A DNA stretch of 64,000 nt from Stegostoma tigrinum. Taxonomy: Eukaryota. The translations under genes and the position numbers were made by a program. The notes under the pieces were generated by a model. The model worked only from the letters and a program-made list of their open reading frames with translations. It was not told where the DNA came from and did not search any database. Location of the stretch: contig NC_081396.1 in NCBI RefSeq assembly GCF_030684315.1, forward strand, positions 5,208,001-5,272,000, written 5' to 3'. Positions 35,770 to 49,465 of the stretch are shown here, piece after piece (positions within the stretch are counted from its first letter, which is position 1; every line of letters begins with the position of its first letter).

Positions 35770-36900
35770 GGATGATTGAAAATTTCGAGTCAGTGACCAG
35801 GAGCATCAATGACGACAATGCAATTAACATACATGACTTGTACTTCAGGAAGCCGTTTGAAGAGCTCCTGTACGGGAGACTGATAGAATAGGTCAGAGAC
35901 ATGGAATTTGGGAAATTTGGCTGGGTGGATCTGAAATTGGATGAGGGAAAGAAAACAAAGGCTACTTGTCTGATGGCTATTTGTGACTGTGAAACTGCTT
36001 TCAATGGGCTTCCACATGGGTCAGCATTGGGAAGCTTCTTTTTTGTGACTTTCATAAATGATTTAATCACGAATGTTAGGAAAGTTGATCAGTAAGTTCG
36101 TGGATGACATGAACACTTTTGGTGTCACATATAGTGAGGAACATAATCTTAGATTGCAAGAGGAGCTAGACAGGATTTTCAGATCCGCTGATCAGGGACA
36201 AAGTGAATTCAGTCAAGATAAGTGTGACGTAATGCACATGAGCAGAATAAACATGGCATTGAATTATGGGATATTGAGAAACACTGAAGTGCACAGGGAA
36301 CTTGGTGTGCATGTCCACCGACCCATTAGTTTGGTGGGGAAGGTAAGAAAACAATTGCGATACTTGTTTTTATTAGTCCAATTACAGAGGTTTAGAGCAG
36401 GAAAGTCATGGTGGAACTGCATAAAATGACAGTTTGTCCGCAGTTAGAGTATTGTGACTAGTTCTGGAATCCCCAGTAAAGAAGGAGTGGTATTGCACTG
36501 GAAACGGGACAAAGGAGGTTTAACAGGATGTTGAGTGATCTGGATATTTTAGCTGTGGAAAGAATGTGAACAGATGTAGATTGTTTCCCTTGCAGCAGAA
36601 CAACCAGAGGGGTGACGACTGACGTGAACAAAAGTATGTGGAGAGATAGAACAGGCAGGAATCAATGCAGACAGAATAGAAAGGAATGATTGCAGATAGA
36701 ATGGACAGCAATAGCTGTTTCCTGTTGCTGGACGATTCAACAACTGCTGTATAAGTTTAAGGTAAAGGGAAGGACGTTCATACGATATGCAAAAAGGTTT
36801 TATTCACCCAGAGTGTTGCCAGAATGTGTAAATCACTGTCTTTGAGGTTGCTAGAGACAAGAGATGAGAATTTCGTAGACATGCATTTATGATGCCATGT
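35770..36900 (+). mobile_element. Degraded CR1 RT/3' fragment
   Basis: GLPHGSALGSFFFVTFINDL, ISKFVDDM, RLQEELDR, KCDVMH. Confidence 0.88.
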
Positions 36901-37022
36901 CTTACGATGCAATTGGCCAAATGTTGGAACGAGAGATGAGAATATTTAAATGTTAGTTCCTGGCATACTTTCATTTTCCACTCCTCTAGAAGACTGCGAC
37001 TGAAAGATTTCACGTTTCAACG

Positions 37023-37187
37023 NNNNNNNNNNNNNNNNNNNNNNNNNNNNNNNNNNNNNNNNNNNNNNNNNNNNNNNNNNNNNNNNNNNNNNNNNNNNNN
37101 NNNNNNNNNNNNNNNNNNNNNNNNNNNNNNNNNNNNNNNNNNNNNNNNNNNNNNNNNNNNNNNNNNNNNNNNNNNNNNNNNNNNNNN
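37023..37187. other. Assembly gap (N run)
   Basis: Run of N. Confidence 1.
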
Positions 37188-37744
37188 TTGTATTCCTGTT
37201 TTCCTGTCCATATTCGTTTTGCATCTCGATCTGTATGTTTCCATATGTGTATATTTCCCTGTGTGTTGTTGTTCTGTTTGTCGAAGTGTCTGGTTAGATA
37301 CAAGTTCAGAATTAGAAATGTTCATCTGGAGTTTCTTTTCATTGATTTAAATTCTTTTTCAGGAAAAAAAGTGGCAGCTACAGTGGGAGATAAATTGTCT
37401 GATGGATCGTAATGAATAAATGAGGACCACAGTGCCATTTCTGATTTCTTTGTCTGAAGATGCATACAACAGTTCCAACCTCAGAATGTGTACATTCGTA
37501 GCTGCACTGGTGCAGGTTGAAATTCCCAGAAATTACCAACCAACAGTACCATTTAAACTGACAGTAGCATCACGAACGATTGCTACACAGCACAATAGAT
37601 CGGTTTTTGAAGCGAAAAATTTTTACAACAAAATACTCATCTAAAATCACCAATGAAAGTTGCAATTTCAGTAGTTACATCTCCTGGTTTGTGATTACAG
37701 TGGATCGTTTAGTTACTCACTGGCGTCCATGGATGCCAGTTGCA

Positions 37745-38255
37745 GTTTGCTTACCTGTATGTCCCATGTAGTGTTTTGTGCCGTCTCGGCATTTTATCTG
37801 CAGACAACATTGGTCCTGTCCACGATATACATTAGCTGTTTAACCTTGTTTAGTTGATGCCTTAGTGAGGCTGCGGGTTTCCGGGTTGTCATGGTTGCTA
37901 ACACTCTGAGTAGTCTGGCAGCAGGTTCTGAGGTGTTTTGTTTCTTAATGTGTGGAATGTTGGTTATCGTTTTGAGTTTTGATGTGTCCTGGTTGTGTTG
38001 TCTGTTGGTGAGGCCTTTGTGGCTGAAACTGCCGGCGTACACGAACAATTAGAACTGACCCCGACCAGGCACAACTAAAACCAGACTGTGTAAATTCGAA
38101 CAAGCACAAGACAAAAGTGCTTCACAGGAGACTCCACAAAATTGACTATGTCACCTGGTGAGGGGACGAAATGTCTGCCACCAAATCTCCACACTCAGTG
38201 AACAGACCAACATCTACAACCAGAACCCAAGCTACAAATGTTTACTCAAACCATG
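37745..38255. mobile_element. Penelope-like element fragment: minus-strand coding remnant abutting an inverted + strand terminal repeat
   Basis: Minus-strand IPHIKKQNTSEPAARLLR...KPAASLRHQL...RTNVVCR resembles the Penelope linker/GIY-YIG start. The + strand TTGACTA-TGTCACC...GGGGAC-GAAATGTC is a decayed hammerhead-like terminus. Confidence 0.7.
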
Positions 38256-38832
38256 AGTTGCAGCTCGTGCTAAGAATATTGTTTTCGATATTTTCATTAA
38301 AAAGATGATTATTTTTGGATGTCCAACAAAGCCCATTCCCGATTTCAAATTTGAAACTTTCACTCAATCAATATTTCAGAGAGTTATTGCAGAAATAATA
38401 CTTAATTCAGACAGAAGTATGAGCTTGCGGTCTCTGGTGCTTGATCTGAGGAATTCTGTCTCATCTACGGACAAAGAAGTGAGACTTTTCACTTCTTGCC
38501 ACTACTTATATACGATTCCTGTTAATTCAAAGCAAGCATTCCTGACTTAACGCACCAAACAGCAGGTCCTACATTTAAAAAAAAAAGTTTCAGGACCTCC
38601 AGTGAAATGAAAATTCGTTAGAAATGAATAAAAGTCTCCAACTGGAGGGATAAGAATTATAAATACTGGAATAGTTTGTTTTGGGCAAAGTCGGAAGCAT
38701 TTTTAAAAATATATCTGTTTATCTCACATTAAGAATCTGCTCTGTGCCACATTCTCTGGAGCTGAATTTTCTTTTTCAGCTCTTCTGCATGATTAGACCG
38801 TCTTGTGAGCTCTAACTGACATGCTCAGTGAG

Positions 38833-38870
38833 CCTTTATGGCGGCTGCGCCACAACTTTGCATCATTGTG
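38833..38870 (-). promoter_or_regulatory. Recombination signal sequence (23-type; 22-bp spacer)
   Basis: CACAATG, 22 bp, then CCATAAAGG (weak nonamer), directly 3' of YFCSIK. Confidence 0.8.
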
Positions 38871-39347
38871 GGCTTTATAGAACAGAAATACATGGCAGAG
38901 TCCGACAACATGGCCTTGCTGACTGCTAACTCAGTAATCTTCGTGGCTTTATTATATGTGAAAGAGACTCTGTCACAGATTTGGATCTGGATTTTTGGTT
39001 TCACTTCCTACTATCACCATGTAAACAATGTACTGTGGGGGCTGCCCCGGTAGCTGATTGTACCACTGAACATAAGGAATGGTATCGCTTGTCTTCAAGT
39101 TGCAGGTAAGTGTGACATTGCTGCCTTCTTCAACCGTCATTTCTGAATCAGGCTGTTCCACTTTGTCTTGTTGGCTTCTTTCTAACAAAAAAGAAACAAA
39201 ATTCAAAATTGTCATTCCCTAACTGCTTCAAGAATCATAACATTTTGTTGCAAATATCTATTTCAGGGGAGATGGAACGTCACTAGGAAGGAAACATTTA
39301 CTGAAAAGAGTGATAATTATGAGGAGTGGTGTGAGAAGATTCCTCAT
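38871..39347 (-). pseudogene. T-cell receptor alpha/delta-type V segment (leader 39302-39347; V exon 38871-39181), frameshifted
   Basis: CACC-ATG leader MRNLLTPLLIIITLF and a GT..AG phase-1 intron. The V exon reads KVEQPDSEMTVEEGSNVTLTC...VQWYNQLPGQPPQYIV, then after a 1-nt frameshift at ~38980, ICDRVSFTYNKATKITELAVSKAMLSDSAMYFCSIK. An RSS follows. Confidence 0.92.
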
Positions 39348-42300
39348 GGTGCACTCTGTGTTTGTAATCAATCAGTCTGGAAATAAAAAGCGTCTGTCCG
39401 AGATCCCTGTTAAGAGCTGTTCCACTCAATTCCGAACAGTGATGGCAACTGTGATCTCTCAAACATCAAAACGGGAAGAAAAGTGTGTCAGAGCCACAGC
39501 AACAAATTGAATCTGAGAGAGCAACAAACTTAGACTCCGCTCAGAGTGAATACATTCTGCTGTGCGAGAACAGAAAAACTGCGACTACCATCAGCTGCAT
39601 CCGGATCCGATGGAGGTTGAGATCTCTGTAACCCCATTGCCCGCTCAGAAACAGAATCACTGAGGAACAAATCGAGGGGGAGGTAATAAAAGGTCGCGGA
39701 TTTTATAATACAGACTGCAATTTTCGGCCCACTGCGACTGTGCCTGCTCTTTGATACATCCATGCAATTAATTTCAGAGCTGGAGCTGTTTCCACATTCG
39801 GTAGCTCTGCACATGTTATTTCTTTCAAAGTGGCTTTACAATACCATTCTGAAATTTAGCACTATTTCTACCTCCACTTACATCGGAAATTCTAGATTGT
39901 AATAATGTTCAATGATTAAAATAAAGCATTCTTTCCTTGTCAATTCTGTTGATCTTGTTCCTGAGGTCCCCAACCTCCATGCACCTGAAAAGAATTAGCT
40001 ATGTTCAATGCCATCAAACCAAGTTTTAGGACTCAGCAGTTCAGTAAACCATTTGTTAAGCTTGCTTTGACAAAAGGAGAATAATATTGTGCCGCCTCAC
40101 TGTACATGATTCACGTGTCTTATCATCTTTTGTTTCTGCAAATCAATAAATTCCTGTCCCTCACATGCTGCCTGATCTCTGGGCTGAATTTCGAAATCCA
40201 TATCTGCCGTCCGTCCTCCACTCCCAATTTTCTCCCTGTTTCCGTACCCTCTATCTATTCTCTGTTACCCAAATCCTGCCTGTTGGTTGCGATTCGAATC
40301 GAAGAGACTGATTCAAAATTTTGGATCTGCAGAGACTCTTTGTCATTCAAAATAATTTACAAGGCTGACCAAAACATTCCCTGGTGCTGTCTTAGTGGTG
40401 AATTTGCTCTTTCAACACCATCAAATTGCTTCGATTGCTAGTCAGGAAATGGGGATTTGGTCTTGTTGTAGAAAATCTTAAAATTTCCGATGTAAGTGGA
40501 GGTAGAAATAGTGCTAAATTTCAGAATGGTATTGTAAAGCCACTTAGAAAGAAATAAAATGTGCAAAGCTACCGAATGTGGAAACAGCTCCAGCTGTGAA
40601 ATTAATTGCATGAATTCCTGGCTTAAAACGCAACAAAGACAGAGGCAGAGCAGCACTACCAAATTCAGTAATAGTTTCTCATCATATGTGAAGGTATCAC
40701 ATCGGGCCAGAGGAAGATGGCAAGAATGAGTTAAAGAAATTAACTGTAATCATCTGGGAAGAATCGTATCAGAAACATAGGTCTTCTGTTTTATTTTCTT
40801 TTCATTTTTTTTCAATGAAACTCCATGCTAAGTTATGAGTTTCTTTTTGCAATGGAGATTAGAATCATCTCGAGACCCGCAAAGAAAATCAGAGATATCC
40901 TCCCAGAGTGAGAATGGTCTGTACAGTGACAGACCCTCAGAGAGGAAGGATATTCCCTATCGGTCTGAGATTCTTTTTCTCTTTGCGGCCTCCAATTTCT
41001 GGGTCCCTGGGAATGAAATGAAACGAGAAAACGGGCTCAATTTTATACCGTAAACTCTGGGCGATTGGTGAACTTCATGAGAGTCAGTGATGGAAACTAA
41101 GATAGGACATAAGATGCAGTCGAGGTGACATCAATTTCATTGAGTCCTAAACACACTACCTTAACTTCTCGATCACTGTCCTGACAAGGAAACATGTGCA
41201 AACGGTTTTCATATCAGCTGCACTGCAAAGTATTTCACAGTTGTGTCTCTGCGGACTTTATGAAAAAAAACAACACGTTCACCACTTTGAAAGACATTGG
41301 TACTCCTTGTTCTTCTGATCAGAAAGATCCAGACAAATGCCTGTGTTCATTGGAACAGCACTTACTCACTACAAGACACAAAGATGAACGTGAAATGGAG
41401 CCCAATATTTCAACTGCACTTCAAAGAGACAGAAACTGAAACCCTACACGCGATCATAGCAGCACTCAAGTGCCCTCTAATGGTCAGTTATCGCCACTAC
41501 AATGGGACATTGAGTAGGTGTTCAGGGCACTCGATCCTGATTTTCCCTCATCAGGTCCTGGGATAAGATGAGTCTCAAAGTGAATTTTCCACGCAATCCC
41601 GACAGACGTCCGTTCATTTCGAACCGTACATGTCTGCATTTAAGACTTCATTATCCACCAAGTATCCACATACCTGTGGGCTGGAGAATTCAAAAGAGAC
41701 ACAGGCGTTTCACATATGAAAAGGATATCCATAATTGTTAACACCAATATTCTGCACATGTTTGAATCAGACATCCACTTGCAGGCCAACTTGTTAATGA
41801 GGGTTTAAATCATTCCCACATGCATATTTTCTGAAGGAGGCAGTACTTCTCACACAAAATTATGGAAAAGCTTCCAATCGCTTTTTACCCGCACCTCCTC
41901 CTGAAGGTTGGCATTCAGTGTTATCAGCATGTGCTCCTAGATTTTATGCCGACCCGCTCTCTGTCGTCATTCTAAAATCAGATTCGCTTCAACACCCAAC
42001 ATAAAGACAATTACCAACCTGATGGATGAAAAACAGCGCACAAATCATTCACTGATGTAATTCCAATGGAACTCATTTGCAGATTCACAACATCAACTTT
42101 TGAAACAAATGAAGGAACATTGCTGGCATAAGTTTCGAGAAGTTGGCATGACATTTACTTGTGACTCATTCATTCGATTGTACAAACAAGTTTAGAGTTT
42201 CAGTGAGCGGGTTACAATCTAACTTTTCTGCTTTTTCTGTTCTCCTTAAATGTGAGTTGACATAGGGAGAACCATTGCTGGGTTTGTTTGAATTCAAACA

Positions 42301-43451
42301 CTTCATAGATTTCTCAGTGGCAGATCTATGTGCATGGAGCAGCTAGGTTATCGACAGTTTTCCTGTGGGCTTCCATCAAAGTAAAAATATATCAACACTT
42401 CTATGGTTACCCATTGACGAAGCGCTTCATTTTGAGAATATCTTCTTGAACCCATTGAGAACCCAGAACTCTGCTGCAAAGACTGCAGATGGGGTGAAAA
42501 GACTGACAGATTTCTCCCTTGAATATCTCATATCACCAAACTTTTAGAACGCCAATTGCACCACAGAGACAAAAAAAAACAAAGTTGTTTTTTGGCACGG
42601 CAGTCCAGTGCAAGCTCTCAGTTCATCCAACCTTCAAATTTAAAATAACGAGGTGTGGAATCTTGGCCTCTGCAATGACTATCTGATTATACTTGTTTAT
42701 TTCCATTTCAACTGCCATTTTAATTGTCTTCATTGAAATGTTTTGTGTGTTTTCATACATGTATTTCAGTTTTGACTGTTCATTATTCTTATTCCATCTG
42801 GTTTCATCTGTTGTTTTACACTCAAGTTTGCAAGTTCTGCCTCATCCGATCATGTACTGCCGATTATTTCCCAAAAGAGCGACTTTGCTGCTATTCTTTG
42901 ATTTAGCCAATGTTCCCAAATATGACCCCGCATCTTCAAATTTTAGAACCCTCACTACTTCCCTAAGCTTGCTGGGACACAGATCTCAGCAGAGATTGTA
43001 TATCGCCTATCAGAACAGGATAATTACCCTTACCCTAGTGCTGGCTCCATCGCCCACGGAAAGAAACCCATATATACTGCAGCAATATTGAGGCATCCAT
43101 TCATTTCTCTTGTCTGTTACCCCATCCTCACCTGCTTTCCATTTGATACCTGTTCTTCATTCTGTCTATCTATCATTGAGTAGGTGCCCCAAACAGTGGC
43201 AAAATTAATCAACACAAACTCACACCCTCTGTCTTTCTGCTGCAAAATATGCTGTCAGTTCCATTCAATGTATTGAACCTTACCCTCATTACGATTCCTG
43301 TTGCTCACGCCACTTGAATGGATTCCCGTCACTATCAGTTATTGGTGCACTTTTGATGTGACTTTCCACATTACCTCAATCCTCACTCAGTTACACTGGT
43401 CTAAGTCGTGTCGAGTAACTCGGGTGCATGACCATTTACTTGCCTGAATTG

Positions 43452-43722
43452 CAATGGAATAACAGAATCCTTGCAGTAAGAAAAGGTCATTCGAGTCGAC
43501 GTTGGCCTACCAAAGACCATTCCAATCCGGCTTATGTCACTACCCTCTCCTTAACCCATGGCCAATCCACCTCATCTGCACAACTTTGGCCTCTGTGTAA
43601 ATCAACGAGCAGATGGGGAGAATATGCAGATTTCATGCAACCAGTCATTTGACTGGAATTAAACCCAGTCCTTGGCACTGAAATGCAGCAATGATAACCG
43701 GTGAGCCAATGAGCCACACTTC
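43452..43722 (-). mobile_element. Degraded HE1-like (V-SINE) tRNA-derived SINE
   Basis: Minus-strand GTGGCTCA (A box), GGGTTTAATTCC (B box), GCATATTCTCCCC, GGTGGATTGGCCATG and a CR1-like tail. Confidence 0.7.
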
Positions 43723-44339
43723 GGCTTTGCTGTTTTGAAATCACGCAGCCACGTCTCTGACAAAATGTTAAATAGCACAGTCGATCACAACTGACAATAT
43801 CTTACAGTAAATTTCTCCTAACTGTAGCCCTGAAGGGAGTGTTTTTTTTCAAAATAGTTAATATCCCTACATCCCTGTCACTGTTCATATTATATTTAGC
43901 TCTTCTTCAGCTCTTAGCACACCAAAGCAGATAATTTTGGAAGTGATAATAATTATTCCATCGAAGTATCTTATTTCGAAGCCACATTTCTGTTGTTACT
44001 CTGCCTGCATTAGAACAGTTTGTTGACCCTTCCTGCACTTATTTTCTGTAGATGCTGCATTACCCAGAAATTTGGATGGCCACAATCTTCGATACTGTCT
44101 TACATTTGCTGACCATTATTTCATGTGTATCAGATGTACACCTGTTAAAATGTTTCGTTGATGCAAATAATATGGATACTTTCACAAATAAACAAAGTAC
44201 GTGAACTAACCAGACACTTAAAAAGAAATAATTGAAGAAGTAAAGAAGACGATTTGAGAGATAACATCATTTACGATTGATGGAGCCAGGAAGTTAAGTT
44301 TGTGGAGAGGAAGGAACTACAAAATCCACCATCAAAAGC

Positions 44340-44584
44340 TTTACCACAGATATATGGCATTAACTTGCTTTGCCAATGTTACAGACTGAAGGTGTGAAAC
44401 TGACTTGTTTGATCAATGTTGACTCCAGCTGTTGTCCTTGCTGTGACATAATATTTCCTCCAGACACTCTGATTCGGAATAAAAGAGAAGAAATCTGCAA
44501 GTTTCATACAGCTAAGGTCTTCATTTTCCGCCAATTCTGTTATTTCTGAAGGAAAATGCATGAGTATATCAGACTCCAGACTCA
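44340..44584 (-). pseudogene. Possible decayed Ig-superfamily V exon
   Basis: Phase-1 acceptor TTTCAG then SLESDILMHFPSEITELAENEDLSC...VWRK...VNIDQTSQFHTFSL*...NAIY/CGK. No RSS seen. Confidence 0.3.
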
Positions 44585-45891
44585 CTGAAATGTGATTGAT
44601 GTTGATTTATCCCATAAATATCGGAGAAACCTTTCCAGCTCAAATGAAGTGACAGATGGACAGGAAATGCTGTCCTTTTGAATGACGCACAAACATATGA
44701 AATCTTTTATTTAAGTCATTTCACTGCTTTTTGGTTAATAAACGTGCATCAAATGCTCTTACATAACATTTAGGAGATATTGTTTGCTGTTTAAGCCTGT
44801 AAATTTATTCAACTACGATCAAACAGATTGATGGGCTGTGACACGCAATATAAAATACAACACAAACGCTTATCATTTATATTTCTGCACATAATGTTCG
44901 ATTTTAATGCAACAGATTCCCATACAGTGTCTCCCTCTTATCCAATTTGGAAATATTAATTTACCAAGTCTCTTTGTCTGGCACATGTCTTTTACAACAT
45001 CTTCTAATATGCATGTTGCAAGATTTTTTTAAAAATTACAGGGTGAATTTCATTGCCTTTACCTTTCTGCCAAGATTCTGGATTCTTTAGGCTGTTTATT
45101 AAGTTTTATGCAGCGACTGTTTACTCTCTAAGGTCATAGTGACCTGTTCCACGATTGTTTCTGTCCTCTTGCTACGTCATATATCTCTTGCTACTGTTGC
45201 AAGGTTATCTTGTTTCAACATTTCTTTTGTTTTGCTGACTGAGAAAACATTCTTTCAGGAAAGTTTATGACAACCAGCCTCTGCTCCCAAGTCTAACTGC
45301 ATACAGAAATTCAATTAAATTCCCCAATATCTAATTTACATACACTTCAACTTTTGTACTGACGTATGTCGGTATGCTTACACATAATTATTTAAAATGC
45401 TTCATCTCATGTGGGTCAAACTTTTTCCTTCTAATTCTTATAAAACTGGATATTTCATAACAGATGGTTTTCATTCGAACTGTATTATCAGAGTCTTACT
45501 GTCTGCATTCTGATTCCATCTTACTGAGACTCAGAAGAATTTTGTGATCTGCATTGAAGCCATGATTTGGGGTCTATGAAGTGCCACAGCAGCTAAAACT
45601 TCTTTCCATCGTCTGTGTCAAGTTAAAAAAAAACACATCCTAATAGCCATGTTGTCATTTTGCAGCAGTTTATTGGAATGACTGAGTGATAATAGAGCAG
45701 GTGTTGCTTTGCTGACCGCTTGCAGCCGTATCTGTATTGGGAAATATTCAATTCTACATTGGATGTGATTAATTAACTTTGGAGGTGGCAAGTAGGCACA
45801 TCAGGATAGTTTCAGTAACAGTTTGGATCAGGTTATGAGCGGTGGCTCGAGACTGCTTTGTAAAATGTCTTTACGTTTTGATCCCTCACAG

Positions 45892-46715
45892 CCAACTTGA
45901 TGGCGATTGCAATCCTATGTCGAGGACAGAGTGGGCTTTCACCGTGTATCACCGACTACCCATTGGCAATAAAAGTGTCAGTTTTCCTTGTTACCATCTT
46001 TGCCATCATCCTGAACAGAATCACCACCTTTACTTTATATACGTTCTGTATCCTACCACCCTGGGAGAAGATTCAACAATGTCCTCGATCACCTTCCTCA
46101 GGGCTGTTCAGTTTGGCTGGCAGTGGTCTATACCAGATCAGATATTGCACTGAGAAAACTGCATTGCTGGTCAAATGAATGGTCCGTTCTTTGATCCACA
46201 TTAAGAACATCTCTTTATGTTTTATCAACCAGTCACTGTGTGCGGTGAATGGGGTACATTTGTTCGCAACATCAAATCAAATTTTTATTCCTTGCATTCT
46301 TGCCATGCCTTCGACAGTCCATATGACATCTTAACACCATTTCTGTCGGTCGTCTTCATTTTTATGCTCAATACCCTTAACGTGAGACACCTTCTGGTGG
46401 CTCGACGAGCCCACAAGAGTCTCTGGGACATCAAAATTGGTAGTGACCCAGAACTGGCTCACCACCAGAAGTCCACTGCTCTTCAGCTCTTCATTTCGCA
46501 ATCTCTCTCAGCTTCCGCTCCGTTTGGGTAACGCAAGGTGAATGTTACCTCTATATCCAGGTTGCACGTAAAGATTACTTCACTGGCCTGGATAAAAATG
46601 GCATCCAATATATCTTTTAAGCCATGGGTAACAGGCTCTATTTACGCAGTTCAGAAAGGAGCTACAGAAAGTGTTGGTCTTTCCTATCATTCGGGCCATT
46701 GCTTGTATTAACTAG
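45892..46715 (+). pseudogene. Decayed GPR139-like GPCR exon 2 (opposite orientation to the other two copies)
   Basis: CACAG acceptor then ANLMAIAILCRGQSGLSPCITDY...ILNRI, YCTEKTA, ILTPFLSVVFIFMLNTLNVRHLLVARRAH...DPELAHHQKS. The TM3/DRF region is missing and there are multiple frameshifts. Confidence 0.9.
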
Positions 46716-48923
46716 TGAGGAATATGAATCACATGTCGTGGCATCATTTAATGATTGGTATTCTCCTCCTCTTTTTCGATGGAATCAGACATCATACATT
46801 CACCCAGCCCGACTTGAGACATTTTGGCCCATTGAGCAGGGTCAACATTTCACTGTTGTGAATATTGAAGGAATGCTGAGCTACCAAATGTGCTGTCTTC
46901 CTGGATGATATCTAAACCACTGAGTCTACCCACTCTCACAGTTGGACTGTATAATATTTTACATTTGGCATTCCAAAAAGGCCCAGAAATTTCGCCTGTG
47001 ACTTGCTTGGTCAACATTTGCTCGTCATATATTAGCACTGAAACGAGTTTGCTGCTAAGTTCTCCCGATTTTTTATTGGAATTTTGCTTTGTTTACATTT
47101 GATTTTTGACTTCCAATATTTCAAAGAATTTGAAAAAAATTAATTATTTGGAACAAAAAGGGGACGTGAGGTCATGAAAAATGCTGCATCGATTCATTTT
47201 CTTACTTTTTTGCTTCTTTCTATCATTTCTCTCTTTCTTTCTATGTAAATTATATTTTAACGTCAGGATTCTGGACAATGTGGAGAGAGTCGGGCACGTG
47301 CCCAATTAGTGAACATCACCAAAGGCCATGGTCTCAGTTCTTGGGCCTCTCGCCTCTGATCCTGTGATGGATTATCTTTGTTCAAGTCAATCAAATTGGT
47401 GAGTTCTTGTCAACAGTCCTGCTGACTGTGGCAGAGGTATCCTGGAGCTGAGAACATCGAAATCTAAGGAACACAGGCAGTTTAGTCTGTTCCCAGTATG
47501 ATAACAAACATGGAGAACATTCTCACAATTTTCATTAGCACATTGTATGCAGCGAAGCATCAAGCGCAACACATCTCCTGGACTTTCCAGCTATCGGCTG
47601 GAAAACCAGAAACTGACAGTTCTGTAAATTGTGGTCAATAAATTGTGTTGCAGAGCTTTCCAGTACAATTCAGTCTTCAGCCATTGATCATAAACGTCTG
47701 CACAAATACTACTGAATGCTTTGCTTGACTGATATTCCACAAAACAATTCTAGTTATAATTGCTATAGATTGCAAGATTATTCGTCTAAGTCCACTGAAT
47801 TGCCCCAAATAGTTAGACAATATCTGCTTACTTACTCGAATCAGAACGACTTCATATAAATACTGATGGAATTCTGATTTTGAAAAATAATTGAACGCTT
47901 CTTAATTTCTAACCAATACGATCTTAACCAAAATTAGGTAACATCATGAATCACTGATGATAGTTTTTTTCTTGTTTTTGTAATTCACCTCAATGCTGTT
48001 CTATCAATATTAATCTCATCGAAGAGCAAAAGTATCAAGCAAAGGAAGACACTGAGATAATCTTCCTTGGCAACTTCTTTACGATTCATCGTACAATGTC
48101 ACAGAAAATACAGGAATGTCAGCAAATAAATCTGCTTCCATAATCGTAATGCTGTAAATTCCAAACATATTGATTAAGAACAGAGTACATCTCCCCCGTA
48201 ATGTCCCAGGAAATATTACGTGTGAAACAGCTACAGGATTAATTTACTTCTACAGGGCAGTACTAAAGACTTCCAGACAAATGCAACTCTGGAAAACATA
48301 CAGAGGAACTCTAGTTTAGCCAAGACTGATAAAGTGTAAAATTGAGAAAAATGTAACTTGTGGTTATATCAAAGAGACACACTGTCACGCAACAGGGGAA
48401 CAGGCCCTCCGGCCATCTTGCCTATATTTCTCTAAATCTTTCCTACCTAAGTACCTTCCTAAATATCAGAATAGAAATACTTTGAATTACACATGCAATG
48501 TGCTGCCTTAGTGAGCATGATCGTAGAAGCATCAATGTAGCCAATGTCTAAGGGCAGAGCTGAGCCAAAAACTACAGGCTGAAAACAGAAACACTGCTCT
48601 GTGAGGACGGTGAATAAAAATGAATAAACAATCTGCGGAAGAATATTTTGCTCTACATCTACAAACAACTCGCTAACTATTAATATCCTTGTAATAAACT
48701 AAATCACTGTGTCACTGTTTCCAGAATCTCAAATCTGGGTAATAGTCCACCACTATCTGAATGACACCATGATAACAAGGCAATGATACATCGGCAAAGA
48801 CACTGGTCATAGGACAACACATAATATTGATCCATTGTTGAAATTATTTCTTGTAATTACTCATTGATCTCCAGAAGGCGGTGGCCTGCCTTCTTGATTC
48901 ATTTCACTAAATTTCATACAAAA

Positions 48924-49221
48924 NNNNNNNNNNNNNNNNNNNNNNNNNNNNNNNNNNNNNNNNNNNNNNNNNNNNNNNNNNNNNNNNNNNNNNNNNNNNN
49001 NNNNNNNNNNNNNNNNNNNNNNNNNNNNNNNNNNNNNNNNNNNNNNNNNNNNNNNNNNNNNNNNNNNNNNNNNNNNNNNNNNNNNNNNNNNNNNNNNNNN
49101 NNNNNNNNNNNNNNNNNNNNNNNNNNNNNNNNNNNNNNNNNNNNNNNNNNNNNNNNNNNNNNNNNNNNNNNNNNNNNNNNNNNNNNNNNNNNNNNNNNNN
49201 NNNNNNNNNNNNNNNNNNNNN
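48924..49221. other. Assembly gap (N run)
   Basis: Run of N. Confidence 1.
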
Positions 49222-49426
49222 GTTTCATGCCCATCATTTATTTTTCATGTTGCACACACAGAAAATCTGATTAAATATGATCCTATCAACTTCATCGTTG
49301 ATAGAATTTTGCAAATTAATCCATCTGGAAGTTTGTGTTGAAAAGTAAGTTTTCTCAAATTACTCTTTCTTGTAAAATCCTTGTTTTGGCGAAAGTTTAC
49401 TGCACATGGAGACACAGTTCAATGTA

Positions 49427-49465
49427 AGATGTTGTAGAACCAGATCCATTGTTTGTCTCACAGTA
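49427..49465 (-). promoter_or_regulatory. Defective 23-RSS
   Basis: TACTGTG, 23 bp, then ACAACATCT. The essential first C of the heptamer is lost. Confidence 0.75.

Noticed and set aside
37660-37745. ITVDRLV / YSLASMDA as a GPCR exon-2 remnant
   Set aside because: Only a few residues match, in different frames, and they are not colinear with the paralogs.
48684-48711. 12-RSS-like TATCCTTGT-12bp-CACTGTG (possible J or D segment)
   Set aside because: Poor nonamer, no FGXG motif or suitable donor downstream, and no partner RSS.
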